Of a stretch of 64,000 nucleotides of DNA, positions 1 through 13,164 are shown one piece after another. How positions within the stretch are numbered: position 1 is the first letter of the stretch; every line of letters starts with the position of its first letter. Position numbers and translations under genes: made by a program. Source of the stretch: Bilabrum cf. latius (lineage: Eukaryota); assembly GCA_965178125.1 (NCBI GenBank), contig OZ237775.1:1-64000 (forward strand), written 5' to 3'. The notes beneath the pieces are model-generated. The model did not search any database, was not told the origin of the DNA, and saw only the letters and a program-made list of their open reading frames with translations.

Positions 1-894
1 CCCTAACCCTAACCCTAACCCTAACCCTAACCCTAACCCTAACCCTAACCCTAACCCTAACCCTAACCCTAACCCTAACCCTAACCCTAACCCTAACCCT
101 AACCCTAACCCTAACCCTAACCCTAACCCTAACCCTAACCCTAACCCTAACCCTAACCCTAACCCTAACCCTAACCCTAACCCTAACCCTAACCCTAACC
201 CTAACCCTAACCCTAACCCTAACCCTAACCCTAACCCTAACCCTAACCCTAACCCTAACCCTAACCCTAACCCTAACCCTAACCCTAACCCTAACCCTAA
301 CCCTAACCCTAACCCTAACCCTAACCCTAACCCTAACCCTAACCCTAACCCTAACCCTAACCCTAACCCTAACCCTAACCCTAACCCTAACCCTAACCCT
401 AACCCTAACCCTAACCCTAACCCTAACCCTAACCCTAACCCTAACCCTAACCCTAACCCTAACCCTAACCCTAACCCTAACCCTAACCCTAACCCTAACC
501 CTAACCCTAACCCTAACCCTAACCCTAACCCTAACCCTAACCCTAACCCTAACCCTAACCCTAACCCTAACCCTAACCCTAACCCTAACCCTAACCCTAA
601 CCCTAACCCTAACCCTAACCCTAACCCTAACCCTAACCCTAACCCTAACCCTAACCCTAACCCTAACCCTAACCCTAACCCTAACCCTAACCCTAACCCT
701 AACCCTAACCCTAACCCTAACCCTAACCCTAACCCTAACCCTAACCCTAACCCTAACCCTAACCCTAACCCTAACCCTAACCCTAACCCTAACCCTAACC
801 CTAACCCTAACCCTAACCCTAACCCTAACCCTAACCCTAACCCTAACCCTAACCCTAACCCTAACCCTAACCCTAACCCTAACCCTAACCCTAA
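1..894. repeat. Telomeric repeat tract (CCCTAA)n, i.e. TTAGGG telomere; left chromosome end
   Basis: Perfect CCCTAA hexamer repeated from base 1 to 894 (149 copies). Confidence 0.99.
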
Positions 895-896
895 AA

Positions 897-1215
897 GCAT
901 GGCGCTGTGCGGGTGGCCGGTTGGGGGAGCGGCGGATGGCGGGTAGAGTGTGCATGGCGCTGTGCGGGTGGCCGGTTGGTGGAGCGGCGGATGGCGGGTG
1001 GAGTGTGCATGGCGCTGTGCGGGTGGCCGGTTGGGGAAGCGGCGGATGGCGGGTAGAGTGTGCATGGCGCTGTGCGGGTGGCCGGTTGGGGGAGCGGCGG
1101 ATGGCGGGTAGAGTGTGCATGGCGCTGTGCGGGTGGCCGGTTGGGGGAGCGGCGGATGGCGGGTGGAGTGTGCATGGCGCTGTGCGGGTGGCCGGTTGGG
1201 GGAGCGGCGGATGGC
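897..1215. repeat. Subtelomeric G-rich minisatellite, 55-bp unit, ~5.8 copies
   Basis: The unit gcatggcgctgtgcgggtggccggttgggggagcggcggatggcgggtagagtgt recurs at 897, 952, 1007, 1062, 1117 and 1172 with few substitutions. Confidence 0.95.
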
Positions 1216-1853
1216 TTGAACAGCACCGGGAGATGCTCTTCACCTTGGCTGCGCATGGCACGCCCGCGCAATGTTCTCGGCCGATGCACCGTATTCCATC
1301 CCAGCTCACCCTCGGTCACCATCTCGCCAGCCCTGCGACCCACGATGGGCACACCCGGGATCCCATCCGTTGTCTCATCGGTGAGGATCCTCACAAGCCA
1401 GTCGTTCTCAAGCACGGCGCGTGCCCTGCTGTAGGCCTGGAAGGGGACGGTCACGCTCCTGAACTCGATGCCCTCCTTTTCGAGATCGAGGTTTAGGGAT
1501 GGTATCGTAGTTCGCGTACCCGGTCAGCGCCGCGATGTTGTCCTGCGGCGATGCCCTCCTCCTCCGCCTTGTGGGCCAGCACGGGTCATGGATCGGGTGG
1601 GCGTTGCGATGCGGCAGGTAAACGCTCAGAGTTACTTGATCCGGCATCTCTATGCACTGCATGCATGCGATAGTACAGTCGGTTCTAGAAAGTTGTTGTA
1701 CTGCCAGTGTGCTAATCTTCATGTTTTGCGACCAACCGTTGCGATCTACGCAACAGTGCAATGAATCGACGCGCACAGCCGCTGTGCACTTGATTTTCGG
1801 AGCGGAATTCGCAAAACTCGTGACAGCTCGTAGGGCTGCGCACGCCTTCACAA

Positions 1854-4800
1854 ATGCAGGATTTCCATATTGCGAATCCTCTGCATGCCAGTGGTAGTAT
1901 CAAGGGCCACAGCGTTGATGGAGTAAGGCCACTTGGTACCTCCACCCGCCATGAAACGAAGACGTCACAGATTTCAGCTGATGGAAGCTCTGGAGCGCAC
2001 TTTAGCATCGATGGCCAAGCGAAGCTGACCGACAAGCCAGGTATGAAGCATGCGGCAAGCCGATCGATTCTCTTGCACGAAGAGCGCTAGGGTTAGGTAG
2101 ATCTAGGGAAGCCTTCGACCGATGCGGGCATTCCAATGGATACGTGGTTTTGTCCGATTCTGTTGCTAGCTTCGGCAGCTGCCGTCATAGCAGTTATTGC
2201 AGCTTGTGTTGCAGTCTTTGCTCTTCGGGAGCCGTCTGCTGACCCTTCCAACGGCTTGGTAGGTGACCTCAACACAATGCCTGAGGTGGCGCCGACTGCT
2301 TTCGTTGTCAACGAAGGTGGCGATTCGAACGTTACCGTACTAGCAGAGTCATCGCAGTGTGAACTAGAAGTACTTAAGAACCTCCTTGGTTGGACTCAGG
2401 ATGCACCAAGTTTGGCATTTGTTGTCGCTAGGGTGCCCATTTTGGCCCATTAGGAATTTTCAGGTGACGGCGAGTGCGTAATGGCTCAAGAAGTTTCGGA
2501 TGCTCTTCTCTGCACGATTAGGGATATTGCCATCGAGCATGAAGCTGGAGTTCCAGCCGATATTACGGTCCTGCCGGACGATTCAGGCGCGTGGTTTGTT
2601 CCGCTAGCAAACAATAGCTTCGCTGCATCTCCCGATTCTATGGTGGACAGGCAAGCTGCTGTTTTGCTTGTGTACTATGGCAGTAATAATGCAACAGCCC
2701 GTGCTTTCGCTGCTGCGCAGTTCTTTGGTGAGGCAGTGCGTCGCCTTGCTACTTCCCCGCCCAGAACAGCGTGTGACGGCTCGGGGTCGGGCGAAGACAC
2801 CATCGGCATCCAATTTCGCGTAGGTTAGGAAGATCGGCCCGACGCAGACCATGGAGGCGTGCGCGGCACCCCTGGGCCAGACGCCGGGGATAGTCTTGCG
2901 TCCTTCCCGGACCTGCTCGTCACTGTCAGTGGACTGGGGGAGGCCCGCCCCAGCACCAGCCCAGGCCCCTACTCGCAGGGTCAGGTTTCTCCACAGGTAT
3001 CTGCGTCCGCCGTTGCTGCTGTGTCGGCCTCGTCGTTCCCCTCGGTAAGACTAGGACCCGGCCGATTGACAGATACCGAGGCCGATGTGCCATGCTAGTC
3101 CTTTGGTTCCCCACCACCCCTCCGTCTCCTTTCCGCTTGACCACTCTTGACCCCGCCCGCAGAGCGAGCCGTCACCATCATCGAGCGCATCAACTAGCGG
3201 TACAGCTACAGCAACAGCGAGTCCAAGCTCGAGCCCCACTTCCAGTCCCAGCTCCAGCTCCAGCTCCAGCTCCAGCTCCAGTCCCAGCCCAAGCCCAAGC
3301 CCAAGCCCCAGCAGTGCTGCGAGCTCAACTTCCATGCCCAGCCAAAGCTTGGCGCCTAGCATAAGCTCCAGCCCGAGTCCGAGTTCTAGCGCAAGCATTA
3401 GCCCAAGCCCAAGTCCCAGCACGACTGCGACTGCTGAAGCCAGCCCCACACCGAGCCCCACATCCAGCGCCACGTCAAGCAGCTCGGCCAGCCCCACAGC
3501 CAGCAGCAGCCCGTCCGCGAGCACAACCGCAAGCCCGTCCTCGAGTTCATCACCAAGCAGCAGCCCCAGCACGAGTAGTTCCCCGTCCAGCAGCCCCTCT
3601 TCGTCCTCTACCACAGTGAGCCGGATTGTCCAGCTTGCTGCACCCCCATGTTGCACCCCTCCCTCAATCTCCCTGCCCCATGCACCCCTCCATCTCCCTG
3701 CCCCATGCACCCCTCCCTCAATCTCCCTGCCCCATGCACCCCTCCATCTCCCTGCCCCATGCACCCCTCCATCTCCCTGCCCCATGCACCCCTCCATCTC
3801 CCTGCCCCATGCACCCCTCCATCTCCCTGCCCCATGCACCCCTCCATCTCCCTGCCCCATGCACCCCTCCATCTCCCTCCTTCGCAGACGCCGAGCATCA
3901 GCAGCACGACCACCGCGACTCCGAGCCCTTCCACCACTGTCTCGCAGTCTAGCGTGAGACTGCAGAATAGCGCGTGCCATGCGTGGATCATTCCAATTCC
4001 GAAGCCAATCTCCCTGTTTCGCACCCCCTCTCACCCTCCGCGCAGACTCCATCGCCAACACCGTCGCACACGCCGTCCCCGTCTGTCACCCCGAGCTCAT
4101 CGCCCTCGCCCTCTGGCCCCCCAAAGGCGGTCCGCGTGTCGAGTATCCGCCCAGGCACGATCAGTTCCAACATCAAGAGCCCCGCGGTATTCGACGGCAA
4201 GCTCTTCTTCCAGTCGGACGATAGCTTGGGTGACTCGGAGCTGTGGTCCTGTGATTAGAACAACACCTGCAGCCAGGCATACGAGATTGGGCCGGGATGG
4301 ATCGAGGGCAAGCCGGAGGAGATGATTGTATTCGACGGCAAGCTCTGGTTCTGGGCAGAGTCCTCCAGCACCACTGGCAGGGAGCTGCACAGCTGCTCCG
4401 CCAGCATGGACGACTGCACTATCGTGCAAAACCTGTACACCGGTGCGGGAGACGCGCAGCCCACAGACCCGTACAAGCAGATGGCGGTTTTCAACAATCG
4501 GCTGTACTTTGCCGCACATGACGGCAAGAACGGGGAGGAGCTGCACAGCTGCACCTCGGCGGGAGTCATCTCCCGCATCACCGTCGACTCGTCCAGGACA
4601 GCGGGGTCCCTGCCACAGTTCCTGACGGTGTTCAATAGCAAGCTGTATATGGTGGCCTATGTCACGGGGAGCGGCAGGGAGCTGGTGGCGTGTGACACGA
4701 GCCACTCGTGCTCCGTTGTGGTGGACCCCAATGGGAACTACCTGTCCAGCGAGGTGAAGCACCTTACTGTGTTCAACGGCAAGCTTTATTTCACCGCCAA

Positions 4801-5263
4801 GGACTCCAAGGGGCAGGAGCTTTGGTCCTGCACCACTGCGGATGTCTGTGCCCGCGTGAACGACCTCAAGACCGGGATTCAGGGGTCTGACCCGGACGAG
4901 CTGGCGGTGTTCAACAACATGCTCTGGCTTGTTGCGCCATCGACAGACACAGAACCGAACGAGCTGTGGGCGTGCACCACTGCAGACGTTTGCACCCTCC
5001 AATACAGCGTGACGGGCTTTCGCTCGCTAGGGCCGCAGTACTTCACCGTGGCGGGAAGCAAGGCATACTTCGCTGCAGTTACTTTTGGGGAGGGCAGGGA
5101 GCTGCACAGCTGCGACTCGAGTGGGTCCTGCGGGCTGGAGCTGGACCTGTGGCCGGGCAGAGACAGCTCTGTCCCTCAGAGCCTCATCGAGTATCGGGGC
5201 TACCTCTACTTTGTGGCCAAGGACGCCACGGAGGGTTACGAGTGGTGGAAGACTACTGCTTGA
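1854..5263 (+). CDS. Membrane-anchored surface protein with Ser/Pro/Thr-rich stalk and C-terminal ELWxxDGT-like beta-propeller repeats (multi-exon, TAG=Gln)
   Basis: ORFs at 1854, 2136, 2481 and 2859 share a frame and are separated only by TAG. There is a hydrophobic segment (PILLLASAAAVIAVIAACVAVF), probable GT..AG introns (~3044-3162, ~3617-3887, ~3954-4045) and SPSPS stalk exons. The C-terminus has repeats of the form VFNGKLYF.A.....G.ELWSC and ends at TGA 5261-5263. Start codon uncertain (1854 or 2043). Confidence 0.7.
3645..3880. repeat. Intronic C-rich minisatellite (~25-bp unit cccctccatctccctgccccatgca)
   Basis: Tandem copies are visible between the GTGAG donor at ~3617 and the CGCAG acceptor at ~3887. 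Confidence 0.85.
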
Positions 5264-5765
5264 GAGCTCAAGCTAGGTTGTTAACTAGAAGGTGCTACGC
5301 GAGGTGCCATGTGTCATGACAGCGAGCACCTGTGCTGCTGCGTGTCCACTGCGGTGTTGAGTTTTGGCCTCGACTCGCCGGACTCGGAATTGCGTGATGT
5401 GTCGCCGTCGGCGCAAGACTCTTGGTTATTTCCTCACAGTTCGCCAAAAATAAGGAGAAAATAGTTCAAGCCTTTGCGACACGGCATACCTACAAAACAA
5501 CGGCATACTTGCAAAACAACTTTTGTTGACCTCGTCTTTCCTTGACCTGAGCTTGTACTCCGTATGGAACCCCAGTTGAAAGCACCACCTGCTACAATTG
5601 CAGCTCGAGCATCGAAATGCATAACCTCCTACACATGCGTAAGATTAAATACAAATACGCCTTGTTGATGGTAGCGCAGGTCCACTGTGTCATGCCAGCG
5701 AGAGAGATATTTAGTATTTCCGTTATCCCGTTCGGCTTGCGGAGTATTCTATTTCCTCTTCGCAG

Positions 5766-6409
5766 TGCATATGCAGCGGCGTCATCGTAGGCGTCTTTGT
5801 GACCATGGGAATTTTAGGAGCATTGAATGCTATATCGCTGTCCGATCAGTCTGACTATGATGTGTGGCTCCGCAATGAGCGTGAGATGATAATTTCCCCG
5901 CGCTGCTTGGTAGTACAATTTAGTGCCAGCCCTGCGCACTCACCCATCCTGAATGCAATTTCAAACGTGTTCAAACCACATCTCTCCCAACTGCCCGCAG
6001 CCGAGGTCGAGCAGCGCCAAGCGGTTGAGCGCGCTCTGGCGTAGCTTACGTCAGGCGACGGTAGCGGCACCGCGCTCCGCCAGCCGCAGCAGACTGCAGA
6101 CCCCGTGGAGCTCGACCTGCTGGTTATGTCTTACAGCAGAAATGGAGATGCCCTGTCAGATAACAGGGCACTTCAGGAATTCGCCCAAGCTACCGCCGGC
6201 ATCGTGTCAGACCCGAATTTCCCGGACACTTGCCACGTCCTCAACGCCACGACAAAGGTGTGCGCCCCTCCCCTCACTTTCCTGGAACTCAACTACGGAC
6301 CTGAGGTGCAACTCGGGTCGAGCGTACAACTCGACGTGCCTCCGCATTCCCCTAGTGCCGGCCTAGACCAGTCAGCCACCCTCCGCCTGGCCCCGCCCTC
6401 AGCGCCTGC
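5766..6409 (+). CDS. 5' part of a Dispatched/Patched-family (RND, sterol-sensing domain) gene, interrupted by the virophage
   Basis: After a probable acceptor at ~5765 comes a TM helix (CICSGVIVGVFVTMGILGAL), an in-frame TAG at 6042, and sequence running to ...PPSAPA. This joins in frame to PAHLRHD... at 23327 when the element and one TSD copy are removed. First exon not identified. Confidence 0.75.
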
Positions 6410-7421
6410 GGGGGGACAACAGGTGGTGGTAGGTACACCAAGCGTTTAGGACGAGGGCTACGCTACGCTCGCCCCTCCTTTAAAGGCATATTTAGCAACT
6501 CAAGTGTTTCCCCTATAAACCTAAATGATTTCACAGGGGGTTCCCCAAGAACCCCTATAGAACCCCTCTATGTACCCATTTTCAGATATAAAATTTACTC
6601 CTACGAAGTAGGGGTAAATTGAAGAATTCTAATATTTAACCCCCTTATAAACTCTAACAGCAAAGACAGAGATGTTTTAGTAAAGTAGGAAAAAATGAAG
6701 AAATTAACCAAGTGTCCAAAATATCTCTGTGTTTGCTGTAGGAACGGAAGGATGAATTCCCAAGAGACCAAGAGACCAACCGAGGATTTCCCCAAGAGAA
6801 CAAGGTATTTTATCAAGAGACCGAGGTATGTTCCCAAGCGACCGACCGATGAACCGACCGATGAACCGACCAAGGATTTCCCAAGGATTTCCCAAGCGAC
6901 TAAATTGTTCTCCGAAGCAACCAAACCGATTACCCAAGAGATGATACATTATAAGGAAAACGAAAACAAATTATAATTGTATTTTAAGTCCCTTTGGAAA
7001 AGTCCCCCAAAAATTGAGAGATTTTACAGGTCAATTTTAAGAGACTTAGAAATATTAAAATTAAGTTCCCAAGATGCTCGGGCTTTGCCCTCCGCTCTTT
7101 TGATATCTTTTTCAAAGATTAAAATTAAATGTTGTAATTCCTATGATGCCACCATAAAAATTAAAAGGAAAATAAAAAACAAATTATAATTGTTTTCCAA
7201 CTCCCTAATTAAAAACACAAAAATTGATGGAAAATAATATAGGATACAAAGAAATATTAAAGTTAAGTTCCCTATTAAAATTAAATGTTGTAATTCCTAT
7301 GATGCCACCATAAAAATTAAAAGGAAAATAAAAAACAAATTATAATTGTTTTCCAATTAAAAACACAAAAATTGATTGAAAAATTTTGACAATATAGGAT
7401 ACAAAGAAATATTAAAATTAA
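6410..7421 (+). repeat. Left terminal inverted repeat of the virophage
   Basis: Reverse complement of 22388-23326. The outer ~560 bp look identical except for micro-repeat copy number, and the inner part is a mosaic of shared blocks. Confidence 0.95.
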
Positions 7422-7461
7422 GCAAGGAAAAGCATACCTCTATTAAAGAACTATATAGCAA

Positions 7462-8517
7462 ATGAGTAGCGCCTTTGAAAGAATATTACAATCCCTAAAC
7501 ATTTATCCCAACAGTCGTATTGTAAATTTAATGAAACGACCAAAACGACCCAAAGGAGTAAATCGACCCCACGTAAATGTACCAGAACCTCACCAAGTGG
7601 TACAAATGGATTTATTATCATTACCCCACGACAATAATTATAAATACGCATTAACTGCTATTGATTTACATACAAAGTAGGCCGATGCTGAACCGCTCAA
7701 AACCAAGCGTTAGAACGAAGTATTAAAGGCATCAAAAAAGATTTTCAATCGTGGTAATGTCCAGAAACCGCAGCACCGTTTGGAAATAGATAATGGAAAA
7801 GAATTTAACGCTTTACAAAGATATTTAGAAGAGAGCGATGTATTTGTACGAAGAAATAAAGCAGGTCGCCACCGACAACAAGCATTAGTGGAAAACCTAA
7901 ATAAAACGTTGGGAAAAGCCATATTTACCCTATAGAACGTTAATGAGTTAAATACAGGTAATGAAAGCGTAGAATGGGTGGATATGCTTCCAAACATCAT
8001 TGAAAACTATAATGAATATCAACTAGAAAAGTATATAGAAGAACCACCTTTACCCCCAGAACACTTCGACTTTACGTAGTGTAAAGGAGACGCTTGTAAT
8101 ATATTGGAAGAGGGTACAAGAGTTCGTATACCATTAGAAGAACCCAGAAAGGCTACAAATTTACAGCAAAAATTATCCGGAAATTTTCGTGCTTCAGATT
8201 TACGCTATAATCCAGAAATCAAAACGATAACTAAAGTATTATTAAGACCGAGACAACCACCCTTATATGTTGTGGATTAGGATGATTTAGTGGCTTATCC
8301 AAAAGAGGAATTACAGATTATCGACTTTGATAATGAGGACAATAACCGAGATGCTCAGACAATCTTTCTGCCAAAAAAAATAAAATCCGAGAACGAAACA
8401 GAATATCAAATAGAATGGAAAGATTTTCCAGAACCAGAACATTGGACGTGGGAACCAAAGAATAAAATCCAAGAAATTGCTCCTAATTTAATTTTGGAGT
8501 GGGATATAGAAAATTGA
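7462..8517 (+). CDS. Retroviral-type (rve, DDE) integrase with C-terminal chromodomain, 351 aa with TAG=Gln
   Basis: Single frame with 5 TAGs (7678, 7711, 7933, 8077, 8278) and no TAA/TGA. DDE triad: QMDLL, EIDNGKEF, QALVENLNKT. Chromodomain: EYQIEWKDFPEPEHWTWEP. Ends in TGA. Confidence 0.93.
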
Positions 8518-8574
8518 GATGCCCCGTATCGTACCTTAAGGATTATTTTCGTATTCTATAGTACAACAACAAAA

Positions 8575-10233
8575 ATGTCATTCACTCTGCCGACTAAAGC
8601 GTATTCGTCAAAAAGCCTTATGGACCTATGTAATGCCGGAAAACAAGAGGAATGTATTCAATACCTTAAACAATACTTCTACCGCACCCACGAGCAAGGT
8701 GGCGGGGTGTATTTTCTAATAGCATCTGAATTAAATCGGAATAATATAAGTGATGACGAACCCCAGAAACCAGTCTGGTAGTTCCTTACGAATAAAAATA
8801 TTACTGAAAATTACCTGATTGGGGGACACTGTATTTACGCGATTGTGGGCAACAAAAGAGTAAAGACTTGGTCAGCACGAGACTGGTTCTTAAATGAGAA
8901 TACCGACGTATTTACGATTGTAAGAAAATTTAATTCACCTACCGTGGATTACGACAATCAAACAATTAACGTTATGGGTTCACCTATACTTACACGGGAA
9001 AACTGTGGAAACATAGAGGATTTATCCGAAGACGCAAAAGCAGGCGCGACTATGATTTATGAACATATCCAGAAGGTGTGGACTTCAGAAGACAAAGAAT
9101 AGTGTGATTTTGTGATGAAATGGTTGGCTCACGTTATTGTGGGCGGAAAGAAGTTGGGTACAGCACTATATTTGAAATCTCCACAAGGAACTGGTAAATC
9201 GATGATTATTACCTTCCTTATGAGAAAACTACTCGGATATACCCTTACACTATAGACGCTTACACACAAGATGCTTCAACCCGACGCCTTCAACTCAATT
9301 CTGGACGGGAAACTATTAGTCAATTTTAATGAAATTCCAAAAGCCTCGCCAACTATTTGGGACGCCATGTAGGCAACACTAAGAAATCTTATTACGGAAA
9401 AACACTTTTCCTGTAATGAGAAGTTTGTCAAATCCGAAAGTCGTCCCAACACATTCAATTTAATTATTGATACGAATGATAGTCCAATCAAAATCACCGA
9501 GGAAATCCGTAGATATTGTGTTTTGGATGTGAATACATCTAAGAAAGGAGACAAAGAATACTTTACAACACTAAAACGTTTTACAGAAAATCCAGAAGTG
9601 GCTAAGGCATTTTATATGCTATTGGTTGAAATCTATGATACATCACCAGACTTTACAGGACAATTCGCACCAAAATCAAAGAATTTTTACAAAGGAATTC
9701 TTGATGGCGCACATCCGGTTTTAAAAATTCTAAAAGAAGAGTGGCTGGACGAAGGCAGAGATTTTAAAATGACAGTCTTGGAATTCCGCAATTATCTAAA
9801 GTAGGAACTGAACGGTAGAGTGAAGAACCTTGGTACACCTATGATTAAAACACTATTGTCAGAGGTGGGTGTTCATTCAACGATGAACAAATAGAGAAAA
9901 CAAGAATTTAATGTGAAACACGCAGACTTACTAAAAGGCTTCCAATCTAAATTTTAGGCACTTCGTCATTCTGCTGAGATGGAAAAAGCAAAATCCGAGG
10001 TGGATGTTCTTCGAGAATAGATTAGAGAACTACAGAAACAAGTCGCATAGCAGTAGGAAACGATTGAATAGATGGAATTGGAAAAGGAGATTACACCGAC
10101 GGAAAAAGTCCATAAGAAAATCCAGAAACAATTGAGTGTTGAGAATAGCATCGCTATTCAAAAATGGATAGAAGAAAACCCTCCAAACAAAAAAGGAAAA
10201 CTTTCCAAATTCCTCTGTAAAATTGAGAAGTGA
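8575..10233 (+). CDS. Superfamily 3 (D5-like) helicase, 552 aa with TAG=Gln
   Basis: Continuous frame with ~11 TAGs. Walker A SPQGTGKS, Walker B-like LVNFNEI, motif C LIIDTN, RRY arginine finger, and a C-terminal coiled coil. Ends in TGA. Confidence 0.9.
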
Positions 10234-10290
10234 GTGAGTTCGTACCTTAAGAATAATTATCGTATTCTATAATATATTAGATACTATAGA

Positions 10291-12132
10291 ATGCCCGAAA
10301 TCGATTTTACGGAACCCCAAAGAACCAAATTGCGTCTTAATGGGAAACCAATATGGAGTATGCGATTTGAGAGCGAGGACCTTATCACCGTAAAAGATGT
10401 CTTGGAATTTATTCGTGATTACGACGATGGTGGTGAAAATCCGTTTGATGACTTTAAATTTAAGGTGAATATCAATTACCAAGATACAGGTTGGCGAACA
10501 AGAAGCACTTGGATTACTACAGATGATTTAGAATATCAAGATAGTTTATGGGCGGGCTACGAAGACGACGATGACGACGAATATAGAAAACTGAATTCTT
10601 TTGAACTACTGCTTATTAGAAAGCCAGAACCAGAAGGCGGTGCTGACGAACATAACGATTGTTTATATAACGCTATAAAACAGGCTTTTCCTTTTTCAGT
10701 TGGTCGTAAGGTAAATGTAAAGAGCGCAAAAGGCAAATGGAAAACTACTATTAAAAGATTGTCGAAGTCCGACCTCAAAGAACTCTTGAAAATTGGACGT
10801 GATGACCCCGTTGATTACAGAAGAATACCAGAGATAGAAGACGAACTTCAAGTACGCATTCATGTTGTAGGCGACTTTGAATACACATCTGGAAAAACTC
10901 ATTTTGACCGTCTTCTAACTGTATCATTAACAAATGGGCATTACAAGTATGTTCCCCCCATTAGTTAGAAAGAATTATTTACACCGCCGTCTAAAGAACC
11001 GTGTACGCTAATTACCCGCTTGTATCAATCCGAGAATTCTTATTTACTATTTGATGGAGACCGTGAGTATCAATCAGAAGGCATTACATCAGTTTCCAAG
11101 GATAAATTCATCTTTGAAGTCAAGTCCAAGGAAGAACTAAGAACAAAACACGAAGAACGGATGAAAAATGTAAGGGCATTAGCGAAGGAGACGGGTGGAT
11201 ATATGGATTTATCACGATTTATGTTTAGAACATCCCTATTTGTAAAGTCGTATTTCAGTAAGTTTTCCAAACTTTACCCTGCCGACCCGATTGACCAAGT
11301 TGAAGCACTATGGATTTCAAGAGCATCAGGTGGTGGATTGAATTGGGCAAACAAGAATACTACATTAAAAAACGCATACCAGTACGATATTAACTCATTT
11401 TATCCAAGTATTATGAAGGGTACATTTACATTTCCGGTTAGAAGGGGTAAGTTCGTACAATTTAAAGTACCATCCAGTGGGTTCTATCCGTACGGCATTT
11501 TTAGGGTACATATTGAAAATCTCAATTCTAAATTAGTACAAAAAAGAAAAAACAATTATTATACCCAATATGACATTAACCGAGCGATTGAGACGGGCGC
11601 TTAGGTGTCTCTGATTGAAGACGGTGAAGCCAACGCTTTACTTTACGATGAGACAACAAGGGTGAAGGCAAATGGACTGTTCAAAACGATGATTGAGCGA
11701 TTGTACGGTTATAAAAAATAGGGATTGAAGTGTGCGAAGGAGATACTAAATAATATTTGGGGTTCTCTATGTTAGAAAAACACAATCACAAAAACACTCC
11801 GAGATGGTGATTGTATGAATTTTAGACAATTAAAGAACGCGTATCCTAAAGCATCTGGACGACTTGTATCGGGTATACTATATGACGAAGAGTACGATTA
11901 CAAAACAGCCTACGCAAGAATGGGCCCCTTTCTGACTGGACTTGGACGAAGTAAATTGTCCAAAATGATTGAGCCATATCTTGAAAACATTCACTATGTC
12001 AACACGGATGGTTTCATTAGTGAGAAAGAATTACCTCTAAAGTTAACAACGAACCTTGGGGGTATGAAGTTGGAGCAATCAGGTGAATGTCAAATTATTC
12101 ACAGTAAGAAGAAAATTTTTAGAAAAGATTGA
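10291..12132 (+). CDS. Protein-primed family B DNA polymerase (pPolB), 613 aa with TAG=Gln
   Basis: Motif A YDINSFYPSIM, motif B KEILNNIWGSLC(TAG)K and motif C YVNTDG. TAGs at 10966, 11602, 11719 and 11773. Ends in TGA. Confidence 0.93.
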
Positions 12133-12188
12133 CCAAAGCACCGCAGTTTACCGGCGGAACGGCATAAAAGTGTTTAGAAAAGATTGAA

Positions 12189-12461
12189 TTAAATAGTCTG
12201 CTTTTCCTTTAGTCTCTAAATTTCCTATCGCAAACTATCAAGTTCATCCATAATATTAATTTGTTCCCTTTTTGTGTCTTCCTCTTTTTGAAGCCAATCA
12301 AGGTGTTTTTTGGTTCTACAATGATGTGATTTATTGTACTTCTTATATACACCACCACAGGAACACTTTATCTATTCTCCAAGTTTTTCCTTGTTTTTCC
12401 GGTAGTATTCACGGGCATACAGCTTATCCTGTTCTTTTCTTTCTGAATGACTGAGTGTCAT
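12189..12461 (-). CDS. Small C2H2-like zinc-finger protein (90 aa)
   Basis: MTLSHSERKEQDKLYAREYYRKNKEKLGE(Q)IKCSCGGVYKKYNKSHHCRTKKH..., with 3 TAGs and a TAA stop. Confidence 0.75.
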
Positions 12462-12502
12462 TTTTGTATTCTATAGTATTATACTATAGAGTTAGATTTA
12501 AG

Positions 12503-13144
12503 TCATACATTCTACCAAGCAATTTTTAGAGCATCACTTTTCCCATATCCTCTACCTCTTAACTACTGAGCGATTTTCATTGCTAGTTTTGCTTTTGGGT
12601 TTTTCCGACGGCGCCTCCCTTTTCCAGTTTTTTGTGGTTTAAAACTCTACTTCGCTCTTTCGCTCGAGCCCCAATCAGGCACTTCACCACCCATTCGCAT
12701 TATTCTAGCCTATCTCGATGATAATAGTTCTTTCTAACTGTTTCCCTTCTCTCTAGCATCAAAAAATTCACGCATAGTATCTCTCCGTTCTGACGCATAT
12801 TTTCTATGAATTGCCTAATTAAAATCATCAAGTGTTGTGTCGTGTTGCTCGTGTAGTGATGGTGATAAGAATTTTAGTATACCCACGTCATAATCACCAT
12901 CACTATATTTGTCAATTCCTAGCGTATCAAATTCTTGTTCGGTCTTTTCGGCGAGCATTTCCATCATTTCCCTTTCCTAAGGGTTTACATATACACGATT
13001 AGCGTACTTTTCCCCTATACTCTAGTGCTTCCTCAATCCTTTCAAAATTGCTAGTGCTTGTCTAGCGTCTTTCCCCAAACTCTGATGTGGCTAACTAGCC
13101 AGTAAATGTAGTTGTTCTTCGGTATAATCATCAACACCCGCCAT
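12503..13144 (-). CDS. Hypothetical virophage protein (213 aa) with basic C-terminus; probable core/virion protein
   Basis: Open frame apart from TAGs. Ends ...TGKGRRRRKNPKAKLAMKIAQ(Q)LRGRGYGKSDALKIAW(Q)NV-TGA and is preceded by a TATAGTA motif. Confidence 0.7.
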
Positions 13145-13164
13145 TTACTATACACAATCATAAA

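Noticed and set aside
891-1851. ORFs overlapping the subtelomeric satellite and the adjacent 1216-1620 region
   Set aside because: Mostly translations of the 55-bp repeat. The unique part could be a truncated gene fragment, but I recognise no motif.
6601-6976. ORFs inside the TIRs (6695-6976 and mirror 22714-23040, plus overlapping frames)
   Set aside because: They are built from micro-repeats, have no recognisable domain and lack the upstream motif. They are probably non-coding, although the 45-bp net length difference between arms does preserve the frame.
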